A DNA stretch of 64,000 nt, from assembly GCA_030141605.1 (NCBI GenBank), contig JAQGDQ010000109.1:124001-188000 (forward strand), written 5' to 3'. Position numbers and translations under genes: made by a program. This stretch comes from Tubiluchus corallicola. Lineage: Eukaryota > Animalia > Priapulida. The notes under the pieces were generated by a model. That model was not told the origin of the DNA. It did not search any database and saw nothing but the letters and a program-made list of their open reading frames with translations. Of this stretch, positions 40,608 to 54,252 are shown piece by piece; position 1 is the first letter of the stretch; each line of letters begins with the position of its first letter.

Positions 40608-43010
40608 CTAATGTCGTCTATTAAAAATTCCGCCAAAGAAGGATGGCTGAGTGTTGCTGTTTGTACGTTGAAAATTAAAAGGATCTGTATTCTGATTCCT
40701 GCTTGCTCGAGCATTGACCTGAGCTGACCTTGGCGAACCAGACTGAGCAAATTTGGTGCATCGTCTGTTATTCGGATTAACATAAACATCTGCAGTTAAA
40801 TCTAGTATCCAATCGTAAGCAGCACTAATGTTTGTATATATGGCATAGCGGACGTTTTCCGGACAATGCCGAATACCGCTTTTGACAACGCCAATCTGCG
40901 TCCAACGAAGATTACTCAACTGCACGACTAGTGGCCCTCCAGAGTCACCGTAACATACATTTTCATATCGTGTAGCCTCTTCAAATCCACCACACATTTC
41001 GTGATCTGTAATATCGATGTTATCACGACTCTTACATCTTATTTTATCAACTATTTCCACCTGTACTTCTTGCAAGATGTTTGCTGTCTCGAATGTACTT
41101 GGGTCAACCACCCCAAATCCAGTTACCCATGGTTTAGAGCCAATTGCTGGTTCAGCAAAAAATTGTCCAGCTCGAATTGAAACGGGTTTTATAAAGTTAG
41201 TGAAACGTACTGATTCTTCAAGACGTATAACAGCTATGTCAATAACAGGATGTATGTAGTATTCAGCGTAGGTTACGTTCTTCTCGTTACCATCCACCAC
41301 TTTAATATTGTGTTCTCCTAATGTCGCTGAAAAAAAGCAATATGGCAACACAAATGTCTTATTACCCAACACAATTAGCTACAAAATGAAAATATCGAAG
41401 TCATTTAACAGATTTAGTTAAAAACAATTATATGCTTGTTTTTGGCAGGTTGAAGATGCAGAAAAAGTATGGTCTTCTTACAAGGAGGCAATATTTACCC
41501 CATAGTGTGTTTTTATCCTGATTTTCAATACAGTGTTTGGCAGTGAGAATATGACAGCTGTCTATAAGAGAACCTCCACAATTGAATCCTCCTTTACGTA
41601 GAGCGAACAACTGGGCATGCCATGGTCGTCCTTGATCTCTTACATCTGCTCCTGTTACAAAAAAGCATATATGAGTTTGAATGGTAAATAGTACAGAAAT
41701 GTGTAGAAAATTTTGTCGTTATTAGCATTGAGCAAGGCAGTCTTGAATAAATAATACTACAATAGGTTTCTTCGTGTTTTTTTGTTTTTTTTTTAATTTT
41801 TTAAATATGAGCCACAGTTTTGCGTTCCTTGTCTAATCAATATTACTACTAATCTCCGTTTTAGATTATTTTTCTTCTGTTTGCTTTAAGTTTTTTTTAC
41901 TATTGACCAATGTGCAACATATAAATATGCGTTAATGAGGAAAAAGTAATACAAACCTCCTAACACTTTTGGTACGCTTCTGTGATTAGTGCCCAACCCT
42001 ATAGCTGTATTCGGTTGAGGTACTGGAATGCGGGGCTGCCGCGAAATTGACAAACCTGGAGAAAATGGTTGCGGAGGAAACTGTCTAAGAGGCTGAGCAA
42101 CTGGTGAGCCGCCCACTAATTTTGGTGTATTATCTGGAGGACCGATTTGATCTCTGAAAAGTCGAGAAGGATTTCTATTAATATCTCGAGCACGTGTTCC
42201 AAGGAATGGAGATGGTCGTGGAACTGAATTACCTCCTGTAATCCGTGGTGTTTGAGATTGAGGGGGTCGTGAAACTGGCTGCCCTCTCACAACGTGTAAC
42301 CTTGTTGATGCGGTTGGAGGTTCTGTAACTCGCGAAACTGAAGTGCCACCTACTACATGGACAACTGGTCGTGATGTTGGAGGTTTGTCTCGTATTGGAC
42401 TATTGGGAGGCCGCGAAACGGTTGAGCCTCCTACTATTGAGACTCGTTGTTGTGAGTCTGGTGAAAAGTTTCCAGGTGTTTTAGGCTTAGGATTTTCAGG
42501 GGGTCTGGAAACTGCAGAGCCACCTCTTATGTAAGGAATATTGCCAACACCAGGCATGCCACGCTCCAGTTGTGGGATCAGAATATCAAGAAATTCAGAG
42601 CGTCTAGAATTTGGAGGGTTTTGTATTGGAGACTTCTTAGAATTTCCTTGGCGAGTTCTTTGACTCCGTTGGGTGGATGGTCTTCTGCTAATTGCGCCAG
42701 ATCCTGTCTCTCTGGCTCTTAATGGTGATTGGATTTCACCAACTCTCGAAGCAGGCCCACTCTTTTGTTTCCCTCTTTGGGTACCTCTGTCAGCTTTAGG
42801 TGGAGATTCACCTCTCCGAATTTTTTGCGTGGTTCCACGTCTTATAGGTGTTGTTACTATAGGTCTAGTATTACTATCGATAGCTATCGTGGGTCCCCTT
42901 TTAGAGATTCCAGATCGGCTTGTACTGGCGGATAATATTGAAGCTAGATCTATGCACAGCGAAGTAGTGGAGACCGTCAGTATCAATAACATATTCCGCA
43001 TATGCACCAT
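40608..43010 (-). CDS. secreted S1A serine protease 3 (about 641 aa) with a long basic Pro/Arg/Ser-rich pro-region containing repeated IVGG-like motifs
   Basis: Exons 43010-41957, 41651-41499 and 41326-40608. Signal peptide, PK|VLGG-ADVRDQGRPW, TAKHC, DIAVI, GDSGGP. Acceptor at 43014-43015 and a probable 5' UTR exon donor at 43528. Confidence 0.95.
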
Positions 43011-43800
43011 GACCTAGATTACAAGCAACAAAAATTTCAAAAGTGATCAATGTCTGTATTTAAAAAAGAACACTTAGGGTGCACTATTTATTTTAGGGCT
43101 ATTTGCTATTTCCTTGAAAGTTCTTGCAATTTTCGGAATATTTTATTGTGGACAGATTAATGCTAAAGCTTTTTAAAACAGTTAACAGTATGAACCAATG
43201 CTGTAGTTTTACTCGTACAAGCGAGTGCTGCAGTGTTCGTAACTGAGCAAGTTCTTGGACAGGTTCTGCATAACTATGAACTTGTCTATTAGCTTCTCCG
43301 GTAAAGTGTGCATAGTGTTGCGTAGTAATTTATTATTCTGATTCTAATTCTAATTTATTATTCTGCATAATGAGTTTAGCTACAGCCAGCATAGAACAAA
43401 TAAATTAAATTTGTTGTGTTTCTTGTTTATTTAAGTCATAGTAAATTCATTTAGCTTGCATAACAAAGCGAAAGGCAAATTTTAGTTAGGTAGTAAATTG
43501 AATATACCAGACAGCATTTTAAACTTACCGTAGATTGTTGTGAAAACTGAAGTGCTTGTAGAGCAACCACGTTACAATAAAATTTTATAGCAAGTTCTAT
43601 TCAATTGTGTGATACCAAATTTACAAAAGAGCGCACCAATATTAGTTCATTTGTACAAAAATGTACTCTATAAACTGCAGGTAAACACCACACAATATGA
43701 GCTGAAATGTAATGAAGTTGCGTCTGCGATTTTCATACATACTTGACTTGCTGACCCGGAGGCATGTAAGTTCTCTTTTATTCTTCGTGAACCAGTTACA

Positions 43801-45345
43801 TTAGGCTGCGGCAATACGACTCACGCTGTCACATGTCACGTTTTACACGTCACGTTTCACGTTTCACGCCGAAGGATTATCCAACCACAGATTTCACGTT
43901 TCACGCGTCACTCATTTAATTTAAACACATGATGATGATGACGACGACGACGACGATGATAATGATCATCATAATATTTTATATTATATTACGTTATTCA
44001 ATTAGGCACAAAAGTACAAAAAAGTAAAATGGCACACAAAGGGCACGAAATAGTATATGTACAACAGTAGGCTTCACTAGCGTGTCAGAGCCAGCCACAG
44101 GGAATCCTCAAACAGCAAGATACCTTTCGTGATAATGATGATGATGGTAATGATGACGATGATGATGACGGTGATAATGAGGATGAGGATGGCTATGATA
44201 AACAATTATTTATACATACATATATACGTATAGTAGGCCTCTATTTACAGGTCGGACTATTTATGAATATTCATAATTATTTTGTATAAACGATGACGCA
44301 GTGCATTTATGTTTGACTTGCTTGACTCTTAACATCTCAGAAAAATATTTCGGAAGTTAATTACATATATATATATATATATATAGATTATAATTATATA
44401 TATCGTTATAATTATGATTGTATACATCCTCTGTATGCATCTATACACGTACGCACGCACGCACGCACGCACGCACACACACACATACACATTCTCTATT
44501 AATTTGGACAGGCTATAGAATGGTTAATAGAAATAAGAATAATTTAAAACCATGAAGTATTATGTATTTTTGATATTATACCCCATTTTGAAGTACGGTA
44601 CACACACATTCTCTATTAATTTGGACAGGCTATTACTTGGACAGGAGTAGTTTCTCCTCCTAGACCAGAGACGCTAAATTTTCGCGCTTCACGTTTTCAA
44701 GAGCATGCTTTCACTCGCAAAACATGAAAAGTGAAAGGAAAACAGGATGATTTATAATATTATTCCCTGTTTTGAAGTACGGTAAAAAGTATACATCTTA
44801 GTACCTATGATAATGCCAGAGTTTTTCTGATAATTAAATAATAAGTTCAAAACTTATTTAACTAGTAATGAAATCACAAATAAACATAATTTTCAACAGC
44901 AAAAACATTCAATGAGCCTGTTACACGTGTTTACAAAAATGGAAATTTAAGTACGATGCGCTGCACAACATTCAGCGGTATACAAAAACTCGAAAAATTT
45001 AAATTCAGTACTCAAGTTTTAAATTTACGCTGCCTTCACGCATGAGCTCTCGAATGTGTGCACTACGTCACAACTGAACATCTCTGAACTGAGAGGTTAT
45101 AGACCTGTTTTTTTGCAAGAACTTGCCGCGTGAACGCGAAATTACCTTTCTGTGGCAATAATTCTTTCATGTAAGTCATTCTTGAAAAAATAGAGTGTTG
45201 TCTTTCAATATTTTATAGGACAGAGTCAGCTCATTTGAGCTGTAGTTTAAGATTTGGTCAGGTTTTTCTTCAAGCATGACAGCTGAAGCCTAAGGCCGGT
45301 GACGTGAAAAGTGAAAACGTGACTCCTATGGCCCAGCAGCTCATT
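43801..45345. mobile_element. old non-autonomous TIR element with TTTCACG subterminal repeats
   Basis: Left end TAGGCTGCGGCAATACGACTCACGCTGTCAC resembles the reverse complement of the right end, TGAGCTGCTGGGCCATAGGAGTCACGTTTTCAC. TTTCACG/CGTGAAA clusters occur at both ends. Confidence 0.45.
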
Positions 45346-47795
45346 ATAGAATTATAATCACACAATTGGAAAATATGATGTTCAGTATGCTAAGTATCTC
45401 TGCGCAATATCCTTGTGTTATAATTTTAATTGATTAGTAAGCAATTATATTAACATAATTTCTTCACATTGTGAATAGCAATAAAACAAACAAATTAGGA
45501 CAAAATTTTAGAAACTACCTCATTTGAACGGTTTAAAATTATATTCAGCATAATATTCAACATATTCAACATTGACGAAATGACTGTCTGGGTATTTTAT
45601 TTAGACTTCTTTTCAGCTTTTCATGTATGCTATAGAGCATATGCCTATCTTTAATACCCACAAAAAATCTGTCACATTTAGCACAGGCTATCAAGTATCT
45701 TACGTCTATTACCGCCTGTAATATGCTGCATCTGAGGACACCTGGTGTTTCTGTCAATCATGTGACATTTATGAATATCTCTTGTCATCATCCAAGCTTC
45801 TTCCTGTAACTGAAGCTGAGGCTGACAGAGACGTGAAATGAATTCGTTGTAATTAAGAAGACTAGCAAGCATTATAAATTGGAGTCCTATTATCATAAAC
45901 CCGTGTCATTTGCTTCATCTTACGTTTAGTAAAAACCTATTCAGAAGGCAAACTTTTCGTAAAAACAATAATTTATTTAAATGGCATTGGCATGACTTTG
46001 ACGATGCAAATGTAATCACATTGCACGGCACGTTCTCATAGGAAATATTGACTTAACGAAGTTTTATGACTTTTCATACTTACCATGTGATTTCAAGACT
46101 GCCTTTCACGCAATCACTAAAACTAAACTTCCGAGGAGCTGTTGTTGAAAGGAAACAACTAATTATGCAAACAATTTAAACCATAATAATCATTAAGCTA
46201 GTATCATAAGTGTGATTACAAAGTTGCCGATCCCAACAAGCTTGTAAAGTTGTAGAAATAATGTTCACACTAGGTGTCGCGATAGCCGCCGGCAAGGCTT
46301 TATAGACAATAATTAGTTTAACTGACTGATTCACTCGTTTACACTGACTCAACCTCGTTAATCACCCCCTCTCGCATATACGCACCCCTACTCCCTTATT
46401 CGCACAAGCAACTGTCCAAGACCCCTTTAAAAGACTTTTGAAGGGGCTTTGCAATTGTCAAGTTTTTATGACATGCACTGTCAAGTTTTTATGTCTTTCA
46501 AAAAACATATGGCAAATGAACTTTACTAAGAATTTATAATAAAAGTTTTGTATTTGGAAGTCTTAGTATATGGAACACATTATTGATAAAGCTTATATGA
46601 GTGTGCTTCAAACGATTTTGTTTAGAGGGAAACCAGTAAGGGTCTTGCTTTTACCAGTACTGAGGGTGTAAAATTCATCTGAAACACTGCATTCCAATAG
46701 TTAATACCTTCCTTTTACAACGGAGTGAATAATAATGAATTGAATAATTTATTGCTCGTATTAATCTGTGTCGAGGATATAAATTATAAAGTTTGTTTAG
46801 AACGCTATTCTGTTGCATGCGTAGTGAAACCATGACGCGTCAACGCAAACTTACTGGGCAGTCTGAAACTTTCAGCGGAGGTACCCACTTCAGAAATCTG
46901 TACATTGATTAATACCGAAATAAAAGAATTATTCAGGAAGGTAAGATGCGCATTCGTACAATTCTTGACATTCCCACTGGCTTCTACGATTACAGCGTGA
47001 CATTACAGACCATCATAACATTCCATCACATAACACCATATAGTCTGTCATACGAACAATTATTTTGTATGTCCTGTTTACAAATTTAAGAAAACAACGC
47101 AATAATCTTGCTTACCAGATAAGTGCATTTTATAACATCTAATTCTGAAAATTATGTTTGCATAATTATAAAACGGCTGTTTCGGGCCGAGAAAAAGAAA
47201 CAGAGAAAGAATTGGGTCTTAGATAACTCAGTCGGTTTAAGGATTACTGCCATAAATGTCAAAACTAATGGAGGCAGTCTGAGCGTAATGTTGATGAAAA
47301 TTCTTTGCGGGATAATTTTTAGATTAATTAAATTGTATAAATCCTGAATGGGCAGCATGAAGCAAAGAGAGAAATATCACAATTTACGAATCTAGCAGAT
47401 TTAATTCTAAAAGCTACTTAATTCATAATAAACGCCATTTTCCCATGAATACTTAATAATAGCTTCAATAAAAATAAATGATAAATACATGTAACAGTAT
47501 CATTTACATCACGCCACATACGCCGCGTATGCGGTGGCAAGTTTAGCCAGTTCATTCAGAGATGATAAAGCTACTGAATTATAAACCTAATTATTATCAG
47601 TCAATATTACTTTCGAGAGCACATCTAATGAAATATTGTAATACGAAAATATTAATAACTATTAGGCATATTGGACGCGAACTGTGACTATAACGTCACA
47701 AACCATATAATGAATGTCTTGCTTTTTGAACCTAATTTGCACCAATACTGATTACACTATAAAATAACTAATAAGTTATATAGACTGTACAATGG

Positions 47796-48616
47796 TCACA
47801 CTGATGCACGCTTTCCGGACCCTGCAGCGTGTAACATAGCCTGATATTCCTCTTCGTTACTCTGACAAGTCTCGTCTCGGCTATTGCGAAACACCTGTAA
47901 TGGCAGTAAATGCGTAATTCGTGTTGGTGAGCGCGTCACTTTATAACGTTGTTTTGATTTACGGCCGAAGTAGCAGGAGCACGAACATACGGAGACATTG
48001 TCACTAAACTGATCATGTGGATCGGCACCCGTTTCAAGTGCTGCGCCTGATATGATGCTGCCATTAGCCGTGATGACGTCACCTTCAAGTCTGACAGCTA
48101 CCTGGGCTGCAGCTTGGGCTTCAGCTTCCTCCCTTTTTTCGTCAGCAGTGTTCATAGTTAAGAATCTCAACACCAGCAGATTCAATGCTGCGCTTTCTAC
48201 AGTCAAACCGAAGAAAATGAACATTAAACTAAGCACAACGTACTCTGGTTTGTTCTGTAGGGCTTCGTCAGTCTGCAGCGCCACAAAATCGCCGAAGCCA
48301 ATTGTCGTTAGCGTAATAAAACAGTAGTAGAAAGAGTTAAAGTACGACCAGTCTTCGTACTTATGGAAGATCGACGCACCACAAACAACGGCGGCTGAGC
48401 ACAGTAACAGACAGACCATTATTAAATTCGTCTGAGATACTTCTATGTTTTTCAGTTTCAAACAAGACTTGGTGTGTTTTAGAAACCAAGCCATGAAGGT
48501 GTTAAGTCGTTCACCGATAGCTTGAAACATGACCAGTGTAAGAGGAATGCCTGCCAAGGCATAAAATATAGTGAAAAACTTGCCAGGAAACGTCATCGGC
48601 GTCGAATGTCCATAAC
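47796..48616 (-). CDS. TASK-subfamily two-pore-domain K+ channel (KCNK3/KCNK9-like), final coding exon
   Basis: Acceptor at 48617-48618, then GYGHSTPMT...GIPLTLVMFQAIGERLN...YYCFITLTTIGFGDFVALQ...ALNLLVLRFLTMN and a C-terminal KRASV (14-3-3 motif of TASK channels). The exon encoding M1/cap/P1 was not found in the window. Confidence 0.95.
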
Positions 48617-50599
48617 CTGAAAACACAACAACATTGTAAATAAGTTGTTTTTGAACATGCGTATTTAAACACGAACTTGGTTATGAGCTTAATCAATATC
48701 GAGTTGCGTTAGTAAGTACAAGGGTGGCTACAGGGAAAACTGTTCATGGATGGCTTCGTTTGCAAGCATTGCCGTACTGCATAGAGGTATTCTTTGTTGA
48801 TAAGGGTTGTAAGTGCACAGATTTAGGCCTAGGGAAAATTTTCAACGCTCATCTTATCGATGCTTTGAAATACTTTTAACGTTGTCATAAACTGATGACG
48901 TAATGAATTCTTCAACAGCAGCTCTTCCTATGTAGCACATGGACAACCAGTAACATAATAAGTCATCTTAACCAAGCAATTATTGGTCAACAGCTGCATA
49001 CGTCTCGAAGGGATCAACGTAGAAAAGTGTATCTCTTAGTAGTCATTACTACGGTGGTCGTTCTATTAGTTTCTAAGCAACCGACAACAGGATGATGCAG
49101 TCGATGGCTGTCACAAGTGATAAGCACTAATGTATCTACATCTTAGTTCGCTATAAATGTAGTCTAAGTTATTGTCAAGTCGTAAGGAGATCGTTAAAAT
49201 GTACAGAAGTGGTAGAAATTAGCTTTCGTCACTACTCACTAGACAATTTGTATTCAAATCCGAGGAAACTGCTGGTTATTTTGAAAGACTGGAAGCACTA
49301 ACTGTTACATAATTATACTAATTTATGAATAAAAACAAGTCCTGTTATCACTACTGAGATGACAACGAGAAAATACGACAGCAGTGCAATGCGACGAATA
49401 CGGTGATGATGATGATGATGACGATGAGGATGATATTAACGGATGCCAACCATATGGCATTTAGATGACGACATGGTGTATGATTTCCGGCGAACAAGGC
49501 AGGTTTCAGGCCAAACTAATCGCGAGCATATAGGATTTAGGCTTAAAGCTGAAATCGACGAGACATATGATCAATATTTACCCAGAAGGGAAAGATATCT
49601 TTTTAAAAATCAATTCTCCAGACGATTTCAAGTTTTTCTACACTTTACTATTGTTAAAGGCTTAAGCATTAACATTTTTGCCGTGGGGCGTTTCATTTCC
49701 TGCCTGTAATCCAGTCAACAAGCATTTTCATTCCAACTAAATTCTGCTGTGGAAATATGCAATACTTAGAAGATTTGATCATTTCAACATCATTATGTGT
49801 ACGCTTGCTTTCGCGAAGGTAGTGAATGCAAAAATTCACGACACCTACATTTCCAAAAGGTGCAGCTAGAGAGTGATTTCTTTAAGTCATGAACGAAGCT
49901 AAAAGAAAATAACACATAGAGGTGTAAATTTCGGCGACTTAACAAATTTTTAGTTGTAAGGACTGTTTTAGGTTCTGCCATGAAACACAAAAAAATTTAT
50001 TGTTAATAACGAACACTTAAATTACCTAACCGTCTATTTTTAACACTGAACTAGATGATAATATTGTGATTGTACTGCTTTGCGCTCTATGCTTATGACT
50101 TAAACGGAAATGTAATTAAATACATACCTAGTAAATCAATGAGTTACCTTAACCCTAACCTTAACCTACTGCTTTTGCTGCTACCGTCACCACCACAATC
50201 ACCACCCTCCACTACTACTACTTCTACACTGTTACAATTTTCGATTATTTAACTATTTTTCTTGTAATATCGTAATAACTATTATGAGACTTATCCCCCC
50301 CCCCCAAAGCTATGCGTACTTGTCAAGTTAAGAGTACTCTTTGCTTTTATCATTCCCTATGATTTTTACCCAGTTTTTATCCGGAGCCTGGGAGACCACG
50401 TATTCCGTCGACCAATGCATTAGATGCGTAAGCAATGTTGCATTATCACAGTAGCTTAATTATTAGCCACTCATTCGTCCCAAGACCCATCTAGTCTTGT
50501 TTAATTTCCGGTACTTAGCTTACATGTGCATTTCGTTCGTTAAAGGAAACTAGGTATAACGTCATCACTTTACCCCACATCTATAAATAGAAATTGAAC

Positions 50600-51250
50600 T
50601 TGATGAGGCAATTACGATCGGAAGGGCGTACGCAGAAACGGAAGAAGCAAAATGTGGCAAGGACTACTGCTATAATTGATAAAAATGGCGCTAGGAAACC
50701 TCGCCGGAAGCGAACATTCGCTGACACATTTACAACGAAGAAGCCAAGTTACCGCGAACCGGTTGTCGTGAAGAGCTGAAGAGCTCAAGAATAATTTAGG
50801 GTGGGCCGCGGCATAGTGGGCCTGTCCATCCATCTCGCGCAATGCATTAAAGGCTGATCAACTGAGAGCTAATAGAATTCTTGGCCAAACTAACAACAGC
50901 CATGGAACGTAGTCAGTGGCTGTAATGCATTCCATCAAGACCTGCTTAAGAGTTGTGGCCAGAAATGGAAGACGACTAATGAAAAGATTTGGGAATCAAT
51001 ACCTAGCCAAGAGATAACACATCACTTGCTCAATTTGCCTAGGATTCGGCGGAATGATGAGAAACACTTTTCACGAGTGCGTGTTGATAATGGTCCAAGG
51101 AAAAGGTCTGGCAGATAAACATACAAGCTACTGAGTAATCCCGACAATCAGTGTTTCAGTATCCTAGAAGGACATTGCATGATGCGTTAATGAATTTTTG
51201 CACGGAAGCTCAACGATTACCTGTGACTCTTGTCTGGGAGTAAAAATTGT
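50600..51250 (+). mobile_element. possible decayed LINE endonuclease remnant
   Basis: GC-richer patch whose broken translations (TTAIIDKNG, NVVSGCNAFHQ..KIWE) weakly recall APE endonuclease motifs (GxAIL, GDFNAHH). Confidence 0.25.
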
Positions 51251-51699
51251 AATGCACATGTATTATTGCTGAAAGAGTCAACTGTTACTTATACGTTAAC
51301 ACCGAGTACAATATATATTCCCATTCGTAACTCGTCTCATTATTAAAAATGACTGAACACTTGAAACAGTGTTATAATTTTTGCACCCAGATTTGTAAAT
51401 TTTGGGTTAAATAACTTTGTCCCAGGCCAAACTAGCTACTAAATACTTAGTTTGAAGTTTTATAACTTTGAAAGGCAATAGTTCGTAAAGCTAATAAAGC
51501 CAAATAGTTAAGAAAAAATTTTAAGCTTTTACTAAATGCTTTGGCCAGAATCACCTGATTATATTTAATTGATAAACAACTAAAAAAAGTTCGTTGTTAC
51601 TCTAAAACCAGCAGCTAACGAAAATTCAATACCCAGATGGCGTATTAAATAAGATATTGTGTCCTATAGTGTATTCTAAGTAGGAATTTATAGCGTATC

Positions 51700-52061
51700 C
51701 CAATTTCTACCGTACACAGCAAAGCTTCTCTACAATATCATTGCCTTTTATGGCCATATTCCTATTACAATCCGAACTTCTACAGTACACAACAAATTTT
51801 CTCTTACAATATTCTTGCTTTTTATGGTCATATTCCTATTACAATCCGAACTTCTACAGTACACAACAAATTTTCTCTTACAATATTCTTGCTTTTTATG
51901 GTCATATTCCTATTACAATCCGAACTTCTACAGTACACAACAATTTTTCCCTTACAATATTCTTGCTTTTTATGGTCATATTCCTATTACAATCCGAACT
52001 TTTACAGTACACAATAAAGTTTTTCTTACAATATTCTTGCTTTTTATGGCCATATTCCTAT
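51700..52061. repeat. 74-bp minisatellite, about 4.9 copies
   Basis: The motif TGG(T/C)CATATTCC recurs at 51751, 51825, 51899, 51973 and 52047. The units are near-identical and there are no spacers. Confidence 0.95.
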
Positions 52062-53029
52062 TCGTGGGGTGCTCATGTGCCTCTCAATCTGCTTATGTCA
52101 AGTACACACGCATCAGCTGCAGGTTTCTCGCATGTGTAAGTGAAATGCTTAAGCTGGTAAGTAATAATGTATCAGCTGTGGCGTCCATAATTTATTAATT
52201 ATATCTTTCTTACCTGATGTGTAGTCAAGCGCTTATACTTGTACACTGCATATACATACTTGTGTATTCTGGAGCGCAGAATTTCTCCCACAATGATTGA
52301 GAAAGTATCCTTCTACATCAACGATGTCTTTCGAACAGCGAATATGATATTATTATTCCCATTAAAGGAAAACAGAAAGTCTTTATGTAATATTTCTGTT
52401 TAGCAGCGTAATCAACCAAATCTAGGGAAATCCATGGATTTGGAATGAGGTTTGGGTATTAAAAGGATTTTTCTGCGCATGTGTTATAAGAAAATTTCAA
52501 AACTGCAGCAGGACAAAACAACAGAAACATAGAAAGAAACAATATAATGAAAATGCAAGATATGCTGTATGAAACGTTTACCTGTATGCATAAATATATA
52601 AAATATACATAAATATACCTGTATATATAAAAATCAAAACAATAGAATAGTTATAATGGGATACTGATCGAGATGTTTGAGTTTACCACGACACTCACTT
52701 ATGATACCAAGACAAACATCCTTACAAAATGTAATTTTTGGAAAGCGAAAGTTGTTGGCTGAAATTTTTTAAATCTAGTTAGTTTAAGTAAGTAGAGTTG
52801 TTTCAAATACCTAGAGGACCCAAGATGTCATAGTCCATTATATAGATCGATAACTTTCTCGTTGTTTATAAGAACAAAAACAAGTCTGTTTGTCGTAGGC
52901 TGGCAATTTTGATTATATCCAAATATATCTTTTAGGATAACGTTTTACGATAACATTACGATAACGATCTTTTACGATAATGTATATATCGTACATTACA
53001 ATTCTTAATATTAATATTATATTTTTATA

Positions 53030-53210
53030 TCATATTATATATATTATATATTATGTTATGTTGTGTTGTGTTGTGTTGCGTTGCGTTGCATTGCATTGCA
53101 TTGCATTGCATTATATTATATTATATTATATTATATTATATTATATTATATTATATTATATTATATTATATTATATTATATTATATTATATTATATTACA
53201 TTATATTATT
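53030..53210. repeat. compound pentanucleotide microsatellite (ATATT/ATGTT/GTGTT/GCGTT/GCATT)
   Basis: Directly visible. Confidence 0.95.
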
Positions 53211-53276
53211 AAATTAAAAAATGTCAAAGTGAGTTAATCAAACCAATTTTTGTCACACAACAACGATGTTATGTAT

Positions 53277-53310
53277 ACACACACGCACACGCGCACGCAC
53301 GCACACACAA

Positions 53311-53341
<31 letters not shown>

Positions 53342-53352
53342 CACACACACAC

Positions 53353-53388
<36 letters not shown>

Positions 53389-53419
53389 GCACGCACGCAC
53401 ACGCACGCACACACACACA
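53277..53419. repeat. (CA)n/(CACG)n microsatellite
   Basis: Directly visible. Confidence 0.95.
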
Positions 53420-54252
53420 TATGAATATTTTACACTGCATATATTTACATAACTTTCTCGTTGTTGTATGAATAAAATAGGTTTTACTACTTCACTTTGA
53501 TATTTTTAATTACTAGCCGCGTGCAAGCTTCAAGAGGCACCATTCCCTTTTTAATGATTGTATAAACGCGATCATTTATCAAAATTGCAGTACATATATT
53601 TTCAAAATGATGCCAGACAGAATAGGTATACCATCCATTGTGCCTGCATGCAACTAGATTATCAATGTTTCGGTACATCACTTGTGGTAAAGTTAAATTT
53701 AGTTTTTCACAATCATTCACCTCAGAAGATTGGACTATGCTCTACGGAGCCATTTGTTGGTAAGACAAGTTTCCAAGTTCCTTTACATCATAATGACCAT
53801 AGTGAAATGACAATCTATTGACTTGGTCGCGAAATAAACTACGAACATTTATCATTCTTACATTAGTTTTTCAGGGGTTTGTTCTCCAAATATTTAAATA
53901 TTGTCTCACGAAACGGCCGTGATTTGTTTTAAATTAATAAAAGCGCCAACTACAAGTACATAAGACTAAGGCTTTGTAAATAATTAATAGACTTTAACTT
54001 CTAAACGACAACGACGAATTCTTAAACAAAGTAAGGCAGGATCAAACCGTTTTCACCAGATTATACGAGGTTTTGAAAGTGAAACCTGTTTTGTATTTAA
54101 AATCTATTGACAAACTTAACAGGCATCGCTGGCCTAGGAACTGTTATTATTGAGCGACTTAACGTGGATTCCGCATATCTATAAATTTCTATACTTCACG
54201 TTAAACCTCTGTTAGTGAAATTACGATTTTTTCAGCAATATAATTATAAAAG

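Noticed and set aside
27721-48327. Plus-strand ORFs opposite the protease and channel exons
   Set aside because: They are antisense shadows of real coding sequence.
50594-50779. KKQNVART resembles the TASK channel N-terminus (MKRQNVRT)
   Set aside because: It is on the wrong strand and no M1 helix follows.
51700-52061. Regular repeat array as a possible CRISPR, and ORFs 51741-52198
   Set aside because: The 74-bp units are contiguous and near-identical with no unique spacers, there are no cas genes, and the context is eukaryotic. The ORFs are repeat by-products.
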